This document shows positions 1 through 8,786 of a DNA stretch of 64,000 nt, piece after piece; within the stretch, counting starts at the first letter, position 1, and the number at the start of each line of letters is the position of its first letter. The notes beneath the pieces are model-generated. The model ran no database searches, was not told the DNA's origin, and was given only the letters and a program-made list of their open reading frames with translations. Origin of the DNA: a virus; the UHGV virus genome UHGV-1351772. One strand, given 5' to 3'. The position numbers and the translations under genes are program-made.

Positions 1-897
1 CCCAACCAATTCCGCAATCGCGGCACGCACCCAAGCCGTTGTGGAGATGCTCGTGTCGTTTGAATCTTTCGGGGGTGTTGGTGACGTCGGCTTACCCGTA
101 AAATTCGGCGAATGTTTGTTAGCCTTTAACTGTAGTTCGTCATTCAACTGCTTAACTGTAGACGGTGTAGCAGCCTCCGTCACGGATTCGCTAGTCAGGG
201 TATTGTTAAGTTTAACGATACCTTTACCAGTCGTACTAGCGTCGATTAAGCCCTGTGCAGCGATTTTCTCCGCACGCAGTGCAGCTGATTCCGAGCGCGT
301 AGCTGCGCCTTCTGAGCTTTCTTTATCTTTCGTGACCTGCGCAGCAACCTTTTCCACTGCGCCCTTACTGGCCTCAACTGAAGCTGCGGTATTTGCGATA
401 CTGGTAGCCGTCTGTTGTACTTGCCCGGCTTTTTGCGTAACCGTTTCTGCTTTCTTAGTTACATCAGCCGCTGCAGCCGTCACCGATTGTTCGCTTGTAG
501 CGATAGCTTGAGCTTTCTCATTTACCGACTGTAATACAGTATCTACGGCAGTTTTCGCGGCTAAAACTTCAGCGTGTTTTTTGCTAACCTCAGCAGTTTT
601 AGTGGCAACGGTTCCCGCTTGCTCGCTAACTGTGGAAGCTAACGTGTCAGTTTGTTGCTTCGCTGTTTCTGCTAAGTCTTTTGCTTGTGTGGCTTCTGTT
701 GCAGACTGTTGCGATTTGGCCGCCGCCGTTTGTGCGTCAGCAACCGCGTTTCTGACGGTGTCAATATCCGCAACAATCTCGCGGACAGGTAACTGATAAT
801 CCCTTTCGTCTTTCGAAAAAAGTAAAACGCCTTCACCGATATCCCCGGTGTATGGACGTAAATCGTGTAAACGAATTTTCTTTACCGCTTTAGCCAT
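1..897 (-). CDS. tail fibre protein, N-terminal ~299 aa (partial; gene runs past window start)
   Basis: ATG at 897-895, open frame to position 1; Ala/Gln/Thr-rich coiled region then conserved fibre motif GKGIVKLNNTLTSESVTEAATPSTVKQL...NFTGKPTSPTPP...TAWVRAAI as in lambda Stf / P2 H-type fibres; absent from ORF track because no stop in window. Confidence 0.6.
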   Translation of the reverse strand, partial: MAKAVKKIRLHDLRPYTGDIGEGVLLFSKDERDYQLPVREIVADIDTVRNAVADAQTAAAKSQQSATEATQAKDLAETAKQQTDTLASTVSEQAGTVATKTAEVSKKHAEVLAAKTAVDTVLQSVNEKAQAIATSEQSVTAAAADVTKKAETVTQKAGQVQQTATSIANTAASVEASKGAVEKVAAQVTKDKESSEGAATRSESAALRAEKIAAQGLIDASTTGKGIVKLNNTLTSESVTEAATPSTVKQLNDELQLKANKHSPNFTGKPTSPTPPKDSNDTSISTTAWVRAAIAELVG

Positions 898-1099
898 GAT
901 ATTTAATTCTCTATCGGGAGCTAAAAGATCTGAGGAAGTGTTTTACCCCTCAACATTTTTATAAGCGGATTATTATACTGGTTTTAATCCATCATCTTCT
1001 AACGTGAAAGTGATGCCCAACTCCGCGCTTCATGATTTGGGATTGTTAAGTTTTGATAAAAGTTTGCTTTGGCCTCCATTACCGGTAAAACGGTCAAGT

Positions 1100-1660
1100 T
1101 CATGTAGCCGGGTTTTCTTCAACTGAGTCGTCATCTGGAACCTCAAAGGTAAGAACAGCATCATCACCAATACAGAAGATCGCATCATCTTCGTTTGCTA
1201 ATGCTCGTTCTGTTGTATCGAATAACGTTACCATAAACGCATTCATCCACGCAGGAGAATCGTCAGCAACGTTAACAGCAATGGGTTCGTTACCTAAGGT
1301 GATATCTGCAGCACGTAAATCTTCGGGTTGTAAGTTCGTTCCGCAGAATTCATTTACAACACCTAAAATGTCACGAAGGTTGTCTTCAGTACCGTCTAAC
1401 GAAATCAAAATAGGTTCAGACGCTAACACTTCGTCCGCATCCAAACGGTCGTAATAAACAACCACAGAAGCACCATCAGGTTTCCTGATTTTTGTAATCT
1501 CTGTCAGTGTGTTACGACGCGAAGTGGTCGGGGACGGGTTTGCCATAGTGTTGCTAATACGGATTTCGTTTAGAGACAACCGTGAACCGTTATCGTGGTT
1601 GATTAAAGCGACCACCAATTCGGCTGAGGCCAGACTTAAATCAGGTACGTAAGTAGTCAC
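1100..1660 (-). CDS. hypothetical protein, acidic C-terminus
   Basis: Track ORF 1100..1693 starts inside terminator hairpin; in-frame GTG at 1660 preceded by GGGAGG 5 nt upstream. Confidence 0.35.
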   Translation of the reverse strand: MTTYVPDLSLASAELVVALINHDNGSRLSLNEIRISNTMANPSPTTSRRNTLTEITKIRKPDGASVVVYYDRLDADEVLASEPILISLDGTEDNLRDILGVVNEFCGTNLQPEDLRAADITLGNEPIAVNVADDSPAWMNAFMVTLFDTTERALANEDDAIFCIGDDAVLTFEVPDDDSVEENPAT

Positions 1661-1692
1661 TAAAACCTCCCAGATCAAAAAAAAATAAAACA

Positions 1693-1720
1693 CCTACCGC
1701 CCATAGAATCGGGCGGTAGG
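1693..1720 (-). terminator. rho-independent terminator
   Basis: 10 bp stem cctaccgccc/gggcggtagg, 8 nt loop, U-run on minus strand (plus 1671-1690 A-run). Confidence 0.6.
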
Positions 1721-1746
1721 CGGTCATTTTACAGCTAAATATCAAA

Positions 1747-2121
1747 TCAGACCGTTAGTTCTCCACATAACTCAACGTCGATACCGAACGTCATTCCCAC
1801 TTCTTGAAGTTTGTTCGCCAGTAGGTGACGATGACAAAACTTACCTGCGGGACAATAGCACATCAAAACCAAATCTTCGTGTCTAAGCAACGAGACCAAC
1901 GTTTCGGCATCGGTATCTAACAGTCGTTCGAGTTTGTACAAATACTTTACCGTGTATTCACGCTCAGCGGCAGCGTCTTGGGCAGAATTTTTATACGCCA
2001 TTAAGAAATCCCAGTCGGGGGCGAGTTCCTTTCGCCCTGACTTCACAGTGATATCCACTGCGTGAAATCCTTTTTGCTTAGCTAACCGCCACTTAGCGAG
2101 TTGTAGCGTCCAGATACGCAT
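1747..2121 (-). CDS. conserved hypothetical protein, DUF488-like (CYCPAGKFCHRH motif)
   Basis: ORF track; motif resemblance recalled from memory only. Confidence 0.4.
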   Translation of the reverse strand: MRIWTLQLAKWRLAKQKGFHAVDITVKSGRKELAPDWDFLMAYKNSAQDAAAEREYTVKYLYKLERLLDTDAETLVSLLRHEDLVLMCYCPAGKFCHRHLLANKLQEVGMTFGIDVELCGELTV

Positions 2122-2321
2122 TAGGAACGAGTCTGCGATTCAGCCATCAGCGCACAACTTTTTACAGCCTGTGCATGAAGCTCTGTACCTGGTGTGTAAT
2201 CCTTTATACAATCCTGATACAATTCACGTTTTGTTTCTAGAACACGATTATCGTACTCAGCACTTGCTAGTGCACCTGCGATAAGGATAAAAACTAGAAT
2301 CGGCAACCAAATTTTCATCAT
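2121..2321 (-). CDS. small secreted peptide with cleavable signal (ALASA|EY), two Cys
   Basis: N-terminal hydrophobic signal MMKIWLPILVFILIAGALASA; paralog of adjacent 2318..2527 (RELYQDC...C vs RETLYREC...C). Confidence 0.4.
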   Translation of the reverse strand: MMKIWLPILVFILIAGALASAEYDNRVLETKRELYQDCIKDYTPGTELHAQAVKSCALMAESQTRS

Positions 2322-2527
2322 CCATCTCCCATACGTTTAGCGTATTCCGTACACGCCATTACTAATTCGGCGTAACGTGGATTATCTACAGTAGTACCTG
2401 ACATACATTCACGGTAAAGGGTCTCTCTACGTGATTCGTCAGACGTCTTAACGTAGAACATCAGCATCGATACAATCAGCGCAGTTGAAACAATTGCCGA
2501 GATGATATATCCGTCATTTATTTTCAT
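2318..2527 (-). CDS. small membrane-anchored peptide, paralog of 2121..2321
   Basis: N-terminal TM segment, conserved RExLYxxC...A..V..C core. Confidence 0.4.
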   Translation of the reverse strand: MKINDGYIISAIVSTALIVSMLMFYVKTSDESRRETLYRECMSGTTVDNPRYAELVMACTEYAKRMGDG

Positions 2528-3044
2528 CTATAAAACACCATGGTTCTGGATAAAACTCTGTAAGTAAATCAACGTAAAAACTATGTAAATTTGTTAGTGT
2601 TATAACGCACCCTAACAAATCATGCTCAGTATGGTGATAAATCACTACAGATGTTTCTGATACCCGTTTAACATGTATATGGCCCACGTCTTTAATGCTC
2701 TGATACAATCGTCCGAAATCGACCGTACCGACAGCATCAGATGAATCCGTAACCGAGTACCGTATACGTGGGGTTTCATTATTTACTAACGAAAGAAATT
2801 TCTCCACACTTTCAGCATGGATTTGTTCCATAAAGGATAAGTGTGGGAACACTTCTTTACGTAACGCGCTGCTTGAAATCTTAGCAAAAACCTGACGTTC
2901 CGTTAAGCGCATTAACTCGCCCAATTTCTTCAAGTCTTTGTTATAATTCAGAAAAGCAACCACCTTTTCATCGTGCGTAATAGGCGGCCATTCGACCGCC
3001 TTTGCCCGACGTTGCTTAAACCAACTCGCAAGTCGCGCTATCAC
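2514..3044 (-). CDS. hypothetical protein
   Basis: ORF track, compact operon context. Confidence 0.4.
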   Translation of the reverse strand: MIARLASWFKQRRAKAVEWPPITHDEKVVAFLNYNKDLKKLGELMRLTERQVFAKISSSALRKEVFPHLSFMEQIHAESVEKFLSLVNNETPRIRYSVTDSSDAVGTVDFGRLYQSIKDVGHIHVKRVSETSVVIYHHTEHDLLGCVITLTNLHSFYVDLLTEFYPEPWCFIDENK

Positions 3045-3046
3045 GC

Positions 3047-3739
3047 TTAGTAATCCTCTTCCTGATTCACTACCGATTGGATACGGGATGCGACTTCGTT
3101 AGTGTCCAGGTCAGTTTCGTCTACCTTATCCACAAGTTTCTGTACTTTACGTACATGTGATTCGGTAATATCAAAACGACCACGATCAGCTAACAGCAAC
3201 GTTACCATGTCCTTACGTGTAACCATCAGTTCTTCTTCAGGTAAGTGTAAGGATTTGTCTAACAGACCCGAATGCATGAAGTTTTCCAGTAAGCGTTCTT
3301 CTCCCTGGTCAAAATCATAACGTTCATTAGGTGCAGCAACGAAAGCATAACCGAAGTAGTTTTCTTCCGTCTCACGTAGCGACTTGATGATTTTGTCACC
3401 GTGTTGACAGAAATCACTTAACGTGTAGTCGTCAAGCGTTGCCACGATGGTTTCTGCTTGCACGCCGTTATCTGTTTCGTACAGATGCGCAACCCACAGT
3501 TTCCAGTTACGTGGCTCGTCAAACAAACCACCGATTAACATATCGGTAGCCGCCATGCGCATACGCGGTGACGTTGTAAATTGGAAACCACGACCTGCGT
3601 ACGGACCGATAGGACGAATAGAACTACCGACGAAAGTAATGCGGTTTAGCGCATTTTCAGCAATGGTGTGCGCAGTACGGTTAGCAGCGGCTTTCGGGTT
3701 ATACTTTTTGTTACGCGGTTTCTTTTGTTTGGTAGCCAT
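3047..3739 (-). CDS. hypothetical protein, basic N-terminus
   Basis: ORF track. Confidence 0.45.
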   Translation of the reverse strand: MATKQKKPRNKKYNPKAAANRTAHTIAENALNRITFVGSSIRPIGPYAGRGFQFTTSPRMRMAATDMLIGGLFDEPRNWKLWVAHLYETDNGVQAETIVATLDDYTLSDFCQHGDKIIKSLRETEENYFGYAFVAAPNERYDFDQGEERLLENFMHSGLLDKSLHLPEEELMVTRKDMVTLLLADRGRFDITESHVRKVQKLVDKVDETDLDTNEVASRIQSVVNQEEDY

Positions 3740-4221
3740 TATTTATTCTCAACTAATACTGTGTGGAATGCTTTATAAAGAGCCTGTCGTGCCTCAATTA
3801 ATACTGGACGATTAATCAAGCACATGTATCCGATTTTCCAAGACCAGTAAGACGTGTCATCGGTATTTAACCCGTAATCAGGTTCAAGATATACCAAATC
3901 AGTGTATGCATCTGGTATATAAAGACGACACAAACTAAGATTCCAGAAATTCGGTAAATCCGATTTTGCAAGTTCACTCATTAGCCGCATTGGAATCTGT
4001 CTTCCAATAGCGTCCGTTGCAAAAACGATATGCAGATTTCCAGGTGACTTAGAATACATACCGTGACCTTCACAACTCCACATTGTCGCCAGGTGCGGAT
4101 GGTCGTTGATTAGTTTACAGGTATCACGAACACCTTTTTCAATATAGCCGTTTTTAACTGCAAACTGAGCACGCTCTTTAAATGACGCTAATCTTTCTGC
4201 GTCAACGGAAAATTGAATCAT
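3739..4221 (-). CDS. hypothetical protein
   Basis: ORF track; start overlaps upstream stop. Confidence 0.45.
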   Translation of the reverse strand: MIQFSVDAERLASFKERAQFAVKNGYIEKGVRDTCKLINDHPHLATMWSCEGHGMYSKSPGNLHIVFATDAIGRQIPMRLMSELAKSDLPNFWNLSLCRLYIPDAYTDLVYLEPDYGLNTDDTSYWSWKIGYMCLINRPVLIEARQALYKAFHTVLVENK

Positions 4222-4682
4222 GACGGATTCTTCCCTAAAATTATCTCGCGCATTTCCAGATAGGTGTCAAACGGCACCACGGTGTCTTTATAACGTAGCG
4301 TTACGTAGGTTACAAAATGTTGGGGTGCCAGGAAAGGACGTTTTGGTGACCCGTCGTGATTGTAATACTGCTTCGGACGATATTTGTTGAAAATATCTTC
4401 CCGTGGGAACAATGATTTCTGAATAACCACTTCCCAACGGTGTGGCGTTTCCAAGAGCCCAATACGGATCAGCATACCGTCTACCCACCGGCTCATGTTT
4501 TCGGTTAATACGAAACTGACGTGGTGGTGCTGTACCTCTGCTAACGCGACTTCGGGTTCTTTATCCAGTCGCATTAATACCGCAAACAGTGGGCGATAAT
4601 CAGAATCGTACAAGTCACGGAAAGCAGTTTTCTCACGCTGTTTAAACAACTCAACAATTTCTTTAGATTCGAAGTAATTCAT
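4218..4682 (-). CDS. hypothetical protein
   Basis: Internal ATG at 4682 (MNYFESK) with GGGGA RBS and ATGA overlap with upstream stop; track start 4724 less likely. Confidence 0.4.
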   Translation of the reverse strand: MNYFESKEIVELFKQREKTAFRDLYDSDYRPLFAVLMRLDKEPEVALAEVQHHHVSFVLTENMSRWVDGMLIRIGLLETPHRWEVVIQKSLFPREDIFNKYRPKQYYNHDGSPKRPFLAPQHFVTYVTLRYKDTVVPFDTYLEMREIILGKNPS

Positions 4683-5074
4683 TTTGAAATCCCCAATTCG
4701 TAAGTAACTAAATCGAACAAACACATTTCCAGCATCGCTTGATACAACGTGTGTTCCCCATTACCCACAAAACCATTGTTCAACATTTTATACGTATCTA
4801 TTCCAAACATCGTCTTTACGTCTATAGGACGTTTTTCGAGAATACGTAATAGCGATATTTCCATTACAATCCAATAAGCAGGCTCAACCTTAATTCTGAA
4901 TAACGGATTGATTTTACTTATTGTTTTATCCCAAATATTAAACCAGCGAACCCATTCTGTGCTATTCTGGGGTTTACGCAATCTAAGACGCGTATACGGT
5001 GAGTTGTTATATTGGTCGATAAATGTCTTAATGACATCAGCTTTTCTTGACATTATACCTATTATTGCGGTCAT
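4679..5074 (-). CDS. hypothetical protein
   Basis: ORF track. Confidence 0.4.
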   Translation of the reverse strand: MTAIIGIMSRKADVIKTFIDQYNNSPYTRLRLRKPQNSTEWVRWFNIWDKTISKINPLFRIKVEPAYWIVMEISLLRILEKRPIDVKTMFGIDTYKMLNNGFVGNGEHTLYQAMLEMCLFDLVTYELGISK

Positions 5075-5120
5075 CTCTATATTCTCCTAATCATTAAAAT
5101 AGCCGCAGTTGTAAAAAAGA

Positions 5121-5642
5121 CTACGGGTTAAAAGGCAGCGGTTTGCAATCCCGCTTTTTCAACTCCTCTACTAACTCAGGTAATGTACACCAACGTTTAA
5201 ATTGGTTGTTAGCTTTAAAGTGGCTGAGAATCTCCTCAATGCGCTCAATAGACCACTTCCCTTTCCCTACGTTGTCTAGATCCTTACGTACCGAGAGCGT
5301 CTCAATGGTAAACGCTAACTCTGAACTATCCGAGTGGTCGTACAACAATCTTACTGGTGTTGGTTGGTGTAGCGTAACACGCCACCCTGACTCTTTAGCC
5401 CAGTAGACGTCTTTAATTCGACCGCTGACGTCAATTACGGAACTGATATAAGTCCAATCACTATCCAGTTTGTTCTTTTCGGCGGTTAATGCATCTTCTA
5501 ATCGTAATGAGTTAGGAGACGGAATCCACCAACCGTACTTACCGTAATAATCGTCTATTACAGTAATACCTTCGTAATACAGATATTGTGTTTTTGTATT
5601 AACGAATATTTCATCGCCAATTAAGACAGCGTTTATCTTCAT
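5121..5642 (-). CDS. hypothetical protein
   Basis: ORF track. Confidence 0.45.
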   Translation of the reverse strand: MKINAVLIGDEIFVNTKTQYLYYEGITVIDDYYGKYGWWIPSPNSLRLEDALTAEKNKLDSDWTYISSVIDVSGRIKDVYWAKESGWRVTLHQPTPVRLLYDHSDSSELAFTIETLSVRKDLDNVGKGKWSIERIEEILSHFKANNQFKRWCTLPELVEELKKRDCKPLPFNP

Positions 5643-6130
5643 CGTAAGTGTTTCCTGTAAAATAAGTCGTACGTTTGTGATGAAGCTGTATCAATAGAAC
5701 CTACCAATGGCATAATTTTCTTTTCTGATATTCCGGTTGCCCAAGCAGCTCGCGCAAAACCTCCGCCAGAACCCGTTGTCCAAACCGCATTTTTATTTAT
5801 TACAAACGTTTTAAACTTATCTGCTACTAATGTCAGCCAATGTGTTTCTTTAGCCGTAAAAATGACGATTTGATCGTATATTCGCTCTTTTTCGATAAGA
5901 TCCGCAAGCAAGGGCTCAACCTTCTTACGTTTATCCTCGTCTAAATATTCTTCTATAGCAGCGGTAATCGACATTTTCCAAAACTCGGTGTCCAGTACAC
6001 GTTCGCCCGTGTAGAAAACAAACTTGTTTTTGTGTTTATGCAGTTTGGGCAATTCTTTAACCGTACCAGCATAATCCACAAGTCGGTCAGCTAAAATGTA
6101 ATCCTTTGTTACCAATACCGTTGTCATCAC
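5639..6130 (-). CDS. HslV/proteasome-beta-like Ntn-hydrolase (putative peptidase)
   Basis: N-terminus MMTTVLV (cf. HslV MTTIVSV, catalytic Thr after Met removal) and TTGSGGGFARAAWA matching HslV [14 protein letters not shown]; size 163 aa like HslV. Confidence 0.5.
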   Translation of the reverse strand: MMTTVLVTKDYILADRLVDYAGTVKELPKLHKHKNKFVFYTGERVLDTEFWKMSITAAIEEYLDEDKRKKVEPLLADLIEKERIYDQIVIFTAKETHWLTLVADKFKTFVINKNAVWTTGSGGGFARAAWATGISEKKIMPLVGSIDTASSQTYDLFYRKHLR

Positions 6131-6154
6131 ACACCTCGAAGAAAAATAAAAGTA

Positions 6155-6178
6155 CCCTCTCTCCTAACGGAGAGAGGG
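6155..6178 (-). terminator. rho-independent terminator
   Basis: ccctctctcc/ggagagaggg stem, 4 nt loop, U-run on minus strand. Confidence 0.65.
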
Positions 6179-6185
6179 GCACTGC

Positions 6186-6455
6186 TTAAATCTTACGGCT
6201 GCTACCGTAGCAGCCACAACCGGCTGTCGTTTTCGCAGCACTGACAGGCGCTAACGCAGCCATCGTACCATCGGCCTTAACAATGTGTAAGTTATTTACG
6301 CGAGTCAGACCTTTAAAGGTAATCTTCACACCCTTACGTAAACTCTTCACATCAAATCCGTCGAGTTTGAGTGTTTTAACTTTTTCAGGTTTACCTTCTT
6401 CGTAATAGGAAAGAACATTACCTGTACGTTTTTCAACAATATAAATCTTACCCAT
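6186..6455 (-). CDS. small hypothetical protein with Ala-rich linker and C-terminal GCGCYGSS motif
   Basis: ORF track; own promoter-like motif upstream and terminator downstream. Confidence 0.45.
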   Translation of the reverse strand: MGKIYIVEKRTGNVLSYYEEGKPEKVKTLKLDGFDVKSLRKGVKITFKGLTRVNNLHIVKADGTMAALAPVSAAKTTAGCGCYGSSRKI

Positions 6456-6485
6456 TTTAGATTACACCATTTAGTTAAGTGAGAA

Positions 6486-6512
6486 CTCTCACATAGATGA
6501 AATATATCTTAA
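6486..6512 (-). promoter_or_regulatory. conserved promoter-like motif (minus-strand cAGATATAT...TAgGTGAGAG), copy 1
   Basis: Shared 27 bp motif ~30-50 nt upstream of a start codon; GTGAGA...TCTCAC inverted repeat just downstream. Confidence 0.45.
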
Positions 6513-6525
6513 AATTTTTAAACCG

Positions 6526-6837
6526 TTAACTGAACAAAGCAATGTTAACCGACTTACCAGGTAGCGGGAAATGCTGTAGTTCTATTGACTGAAGTTTCCT
6601 GTCAATAGTCAGTATTTCATCAACGTTGGGCGTAAGACGGAATACGGCGCGTGGTAGCGTGAAAGGTACGTTCGTCGAGCAGTTGTTTAACAGTAACTGA
6701 TCCTGAGAATAGTCAATTTCTACCACCCTCGCAATTACCCAACGTTCGTGAATCTCGCCACCCAGCGGTGCAGTTAGTGCCCGTTGCAAGCGCTGTGAAT
6801 TCGTTTCATCGGTATTAGTGTGGTTTTGGTTCGACAT
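6526..6837 (-). CDS. hypothetical protein
   Basis: Track ORF 6526..6948 overlaps upstream gene by >100 nt; internal ATG 6837 (MSNQNH) more plausible. Confidence 0.3.
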   Translation of the reverse strand: MSNQNHTNTDETNSQRLQRALTAPLGGEIHERWVIARVVEIDYSQDQLLLNNCSTNVPFTLPRAVFRLTPNVDEILTIDRKLQSIELQHFPLPGKSVNIALFS

Positions 6838-7132
6838 AAGTTTCCCCAAACACGTACGCAGATTCTGTTTCAAGCGTCGGTTTAGCGACACGCCACTTCC
6901 ATGCACCGGTTTCAGGATCTTGCCAGGACAACAAAAGAGAACCCTCACAGATTTCAGAGGTATCGACCTCAGGGTGGAACAGCATGAATTCGTTTTCGTT
7001 GTCGTCCACTACGACGAATTGACCTTCTTCTACCCTTTCGAACTTAGCAACGCCTACTACAGTTGCTGGCTCGCCAACAGTAAATACCATTTCTTGTTTT
7101 GGTAAATCACGGTGAATCGCACTTAACCACAT
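6815..7132 (-). CDS. small acidic hypothetical protein
   Basis: ORF track; D/E-rich. Confidence 0.4.
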   Translation of the reverse strand: MWLSAIHRDLPKQEMVFTVGEPATVVGVAKFERVEEGQFVVVDDNENEFMLFHPEVDTSEICEGSLLLSWQDPETGAWKWRVAKPTLETESAYVFGETYVEPKPH

Positions 7133-7202
7133 TTAAGCTGTTCCTCAATTAATTTTGTTTACGTGTGCATAATTAGACACGAAACCGTAAAAATAAATAC
7201 TC

Positions 7203-7226
7203 CCTCTCTCCGTTTGGAGAGAGGGT
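7203..7226 (-). terminator. rho-independent terminator (near-identical stem to 6155-6178)
   Basis: ccctctctcc gttt ggagagaggg, U-run on minus strand. Confidence 0.65.
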
Positions 7227-7230
7227 AAGT

Positions 7231-7737
7231 TTACAGTACGTTTTCTTCTCGATCGTCTACTAAAATCGAAGTAATCACATAACGCGCTAAACGACTGCGT
7301 GCTTCTTCCGTTTCTTCTTCAGAAGGTAACTGTTCGCCCGCAGGTGCACACAACGTTAGCCCAGACTCACGAAGCTGCTCGGTATAGTCTTCCACAGCGC
7401 TGTCGAACGTACCACGAATACCTGCTACCGCATCCATAATTTCGTCGTTCGGAATAATGGATTCTTTTAGCACGGCGTGAGCATCCGTAGGCTCCACCAT
7501 TTGCAGGTTCTGTTCTACCAACAACGCCTGTTTCGCTAAGCTGTCGGTGATAAAGCAAGATAGAATCTTTTCGAAATCGTCTAACGAGAATTCGGTGTCT
7601 TCAGATGCCCCGGTAATCAATTGCCCGTAGCGATTAAAGAATTCTTTACAACGTGTTTCGTAGTCAGCTTCTAAGTCGCGAACACCGAGATCAAAATCGT
7701 GCTGCTCCAGCTGATTAAAATCCAGAGTCTCTTTCAT
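7231..7737 (-). CDS. acidic hypothetical protein
   Basis: ORF track; strongly D/E-rich. Confidence 0.45.
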   Translation of the reverse strand: MKETLDFNQLEQHDFDLGVRDLEADYETRCKEFFNRYGQLITGASEDTEFSLDDFEKILSCFITDSLAKQALLVEQNLQMVEPTDAHAVLKESIIPNDEIMDAVAGIRGTFDSAVEDYTEQLRESGLTLCAPAGEQLPSEEETEEARSRLARYVITSILVDDREENVL

Positions 7738-7775
7738 CTCTAAGTCTCCAGTTAAGAGGTCATATTACCTGCTGG

Positions 7776-8003
7776 TTAGAGTGCCAACGTTAACCCGGTA
7801 TGGGTTTCTACTGAACCAACACCGTCACGCGCTTTTGCTTTGGCGATGAGTTTGTCAATCACGCGCTGATGGCTACGAGTAATGACTTTACCTGGATAAC
7901 CGATAATCAGCACGTTCTCAGTATTAATAACCGCCGAGAATTCGTTATCACCTGCGACGTAAGTAATCTTTTTGTCTTTGGTTACAATACGTTTGATTTC
8001 CAT
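7776..8003 (-). CDS. small hypothetical protein
   Basis: ORF track. Confidence 0.35.
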   Translation of the reverse strand: MEIKRIVTKDKKITYVAGDNEFSAVINTENVLIIGYPGKVITRSHQRVIDKLIAKAKARDGVGSVETHTGLTLAL

Positions 8004-8012
8004 TCAATGTCC

Positions 8013-8786
8013 TTAAAAGATAAAATGGCCAGTTAATGCTTCTACTTCAACACCAGGCATCGCCGGTGGTGCTGAGTATGGAAAAGTAAGACGCACGGCT
8101 GCACCCTTTAAATACGCAATACGGCAGTATGTGGTTAAGAGTGCATTCCCGTAAGTACAGTCGTTATAGAAGAAACCTTCGGTGGCAAACGTCTTTTCGT
8201 TGATTTTCGAATAGACTAAGATACCTTCAACTTTACCGTCTTTACGACAGCACAGCCCTTCGGCAGCCCCAATCGCTAACAAACCCAGGCAGTACGTATC
8301 CAAGCTGACATTAGCCACCTTAGGAATCGTAAACGTTTCTTCTAATGTTAGAGATTCAATATCATCTACATCAGGTAAATCGGTACGAACTTCAGGTTTT
8401 TCAGTAAACGTCAGCTCATAGTCGATAGACGTCGGTTGCATACTCAAAAACGCCATTAACTGATCGCGACGTTTTAGGTCGTTGGCAGGGTAGGTGATAT
8501 CAAACACCTCCACACTTAACAAACGTTTGAGTTGTGCGAAATTGATGTTCTTCTTCGCAAACACAACGATTGCTGACATGTAGAAAATCTTACCGTCAGT
8601 GCGGCCGGAGAAGATTCCTTGTAGCTGATTCGTGTTCGAAAGAATAATAAAGGTCGGATCTTCAGATTCGCGAATGACGTCCTTTTCCAGTAACCCTTTC
8701 CGTACACGGGTTAGCGAAACCATTTTGCCATCCACACCAATTGCTAAATGGTCATTACGATAATCGTGGATATCCACTATGCGCAT
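8013..8786 (-). CDS. hypothetical protein, translationally coupled to dam
   Basis: ORF track; ATGA overlap with dam stop at 8786. Confidence 0.45.
   Translation of the reverse strand: MRIVDIHDYRNDHLAIGVDGKMVSLTRVRKGLLEKDVIRESEDPTFIILSNTNQLQGIFSGRTDGKIFYMSAIVVFAKKNINFAQLKRLLSVEVFDITYPANDLKRRDQLMAFLSMQPTSIDYELTFTEKPEVRTDLPDVDDIESLTLEETFTIPKVANVSLDTYCLGLLAIGAAEGLCCRKDGKVEGILVYSKINEKTFATEGFFYNDCTYGNALLTTYCRIAYLKGAAVRLTFPYSAPPAMPGVEVEALTGHFIF

Noticed and set aside
41-796. Plus-strand ORFs 41..511 and 581..796 with low-complexity Ala/Ser/Val-rich products
   Set aside because: They are antisense shadows of the Ala-rich coiled region of the minus-strand tail-fibre gene; no RBS, implausible composition.
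1100-1693. Track start at 1693 for ORF 1100..1693
   Set aside because: The first 11 codons overlap the terminator hairpin and U-run of the upstream gene; an in-frame GTG at 1660 with GGGAGG RBS is more plausible.
5121-5642. Possible GIY-YIG homing endonuclease (YEGITV...YGKYG)
   Set aside because: Spacing and residues do not fit the GIY-x10-YIG consensus, and there is no downstream catalytic Arg/Glu pattern.
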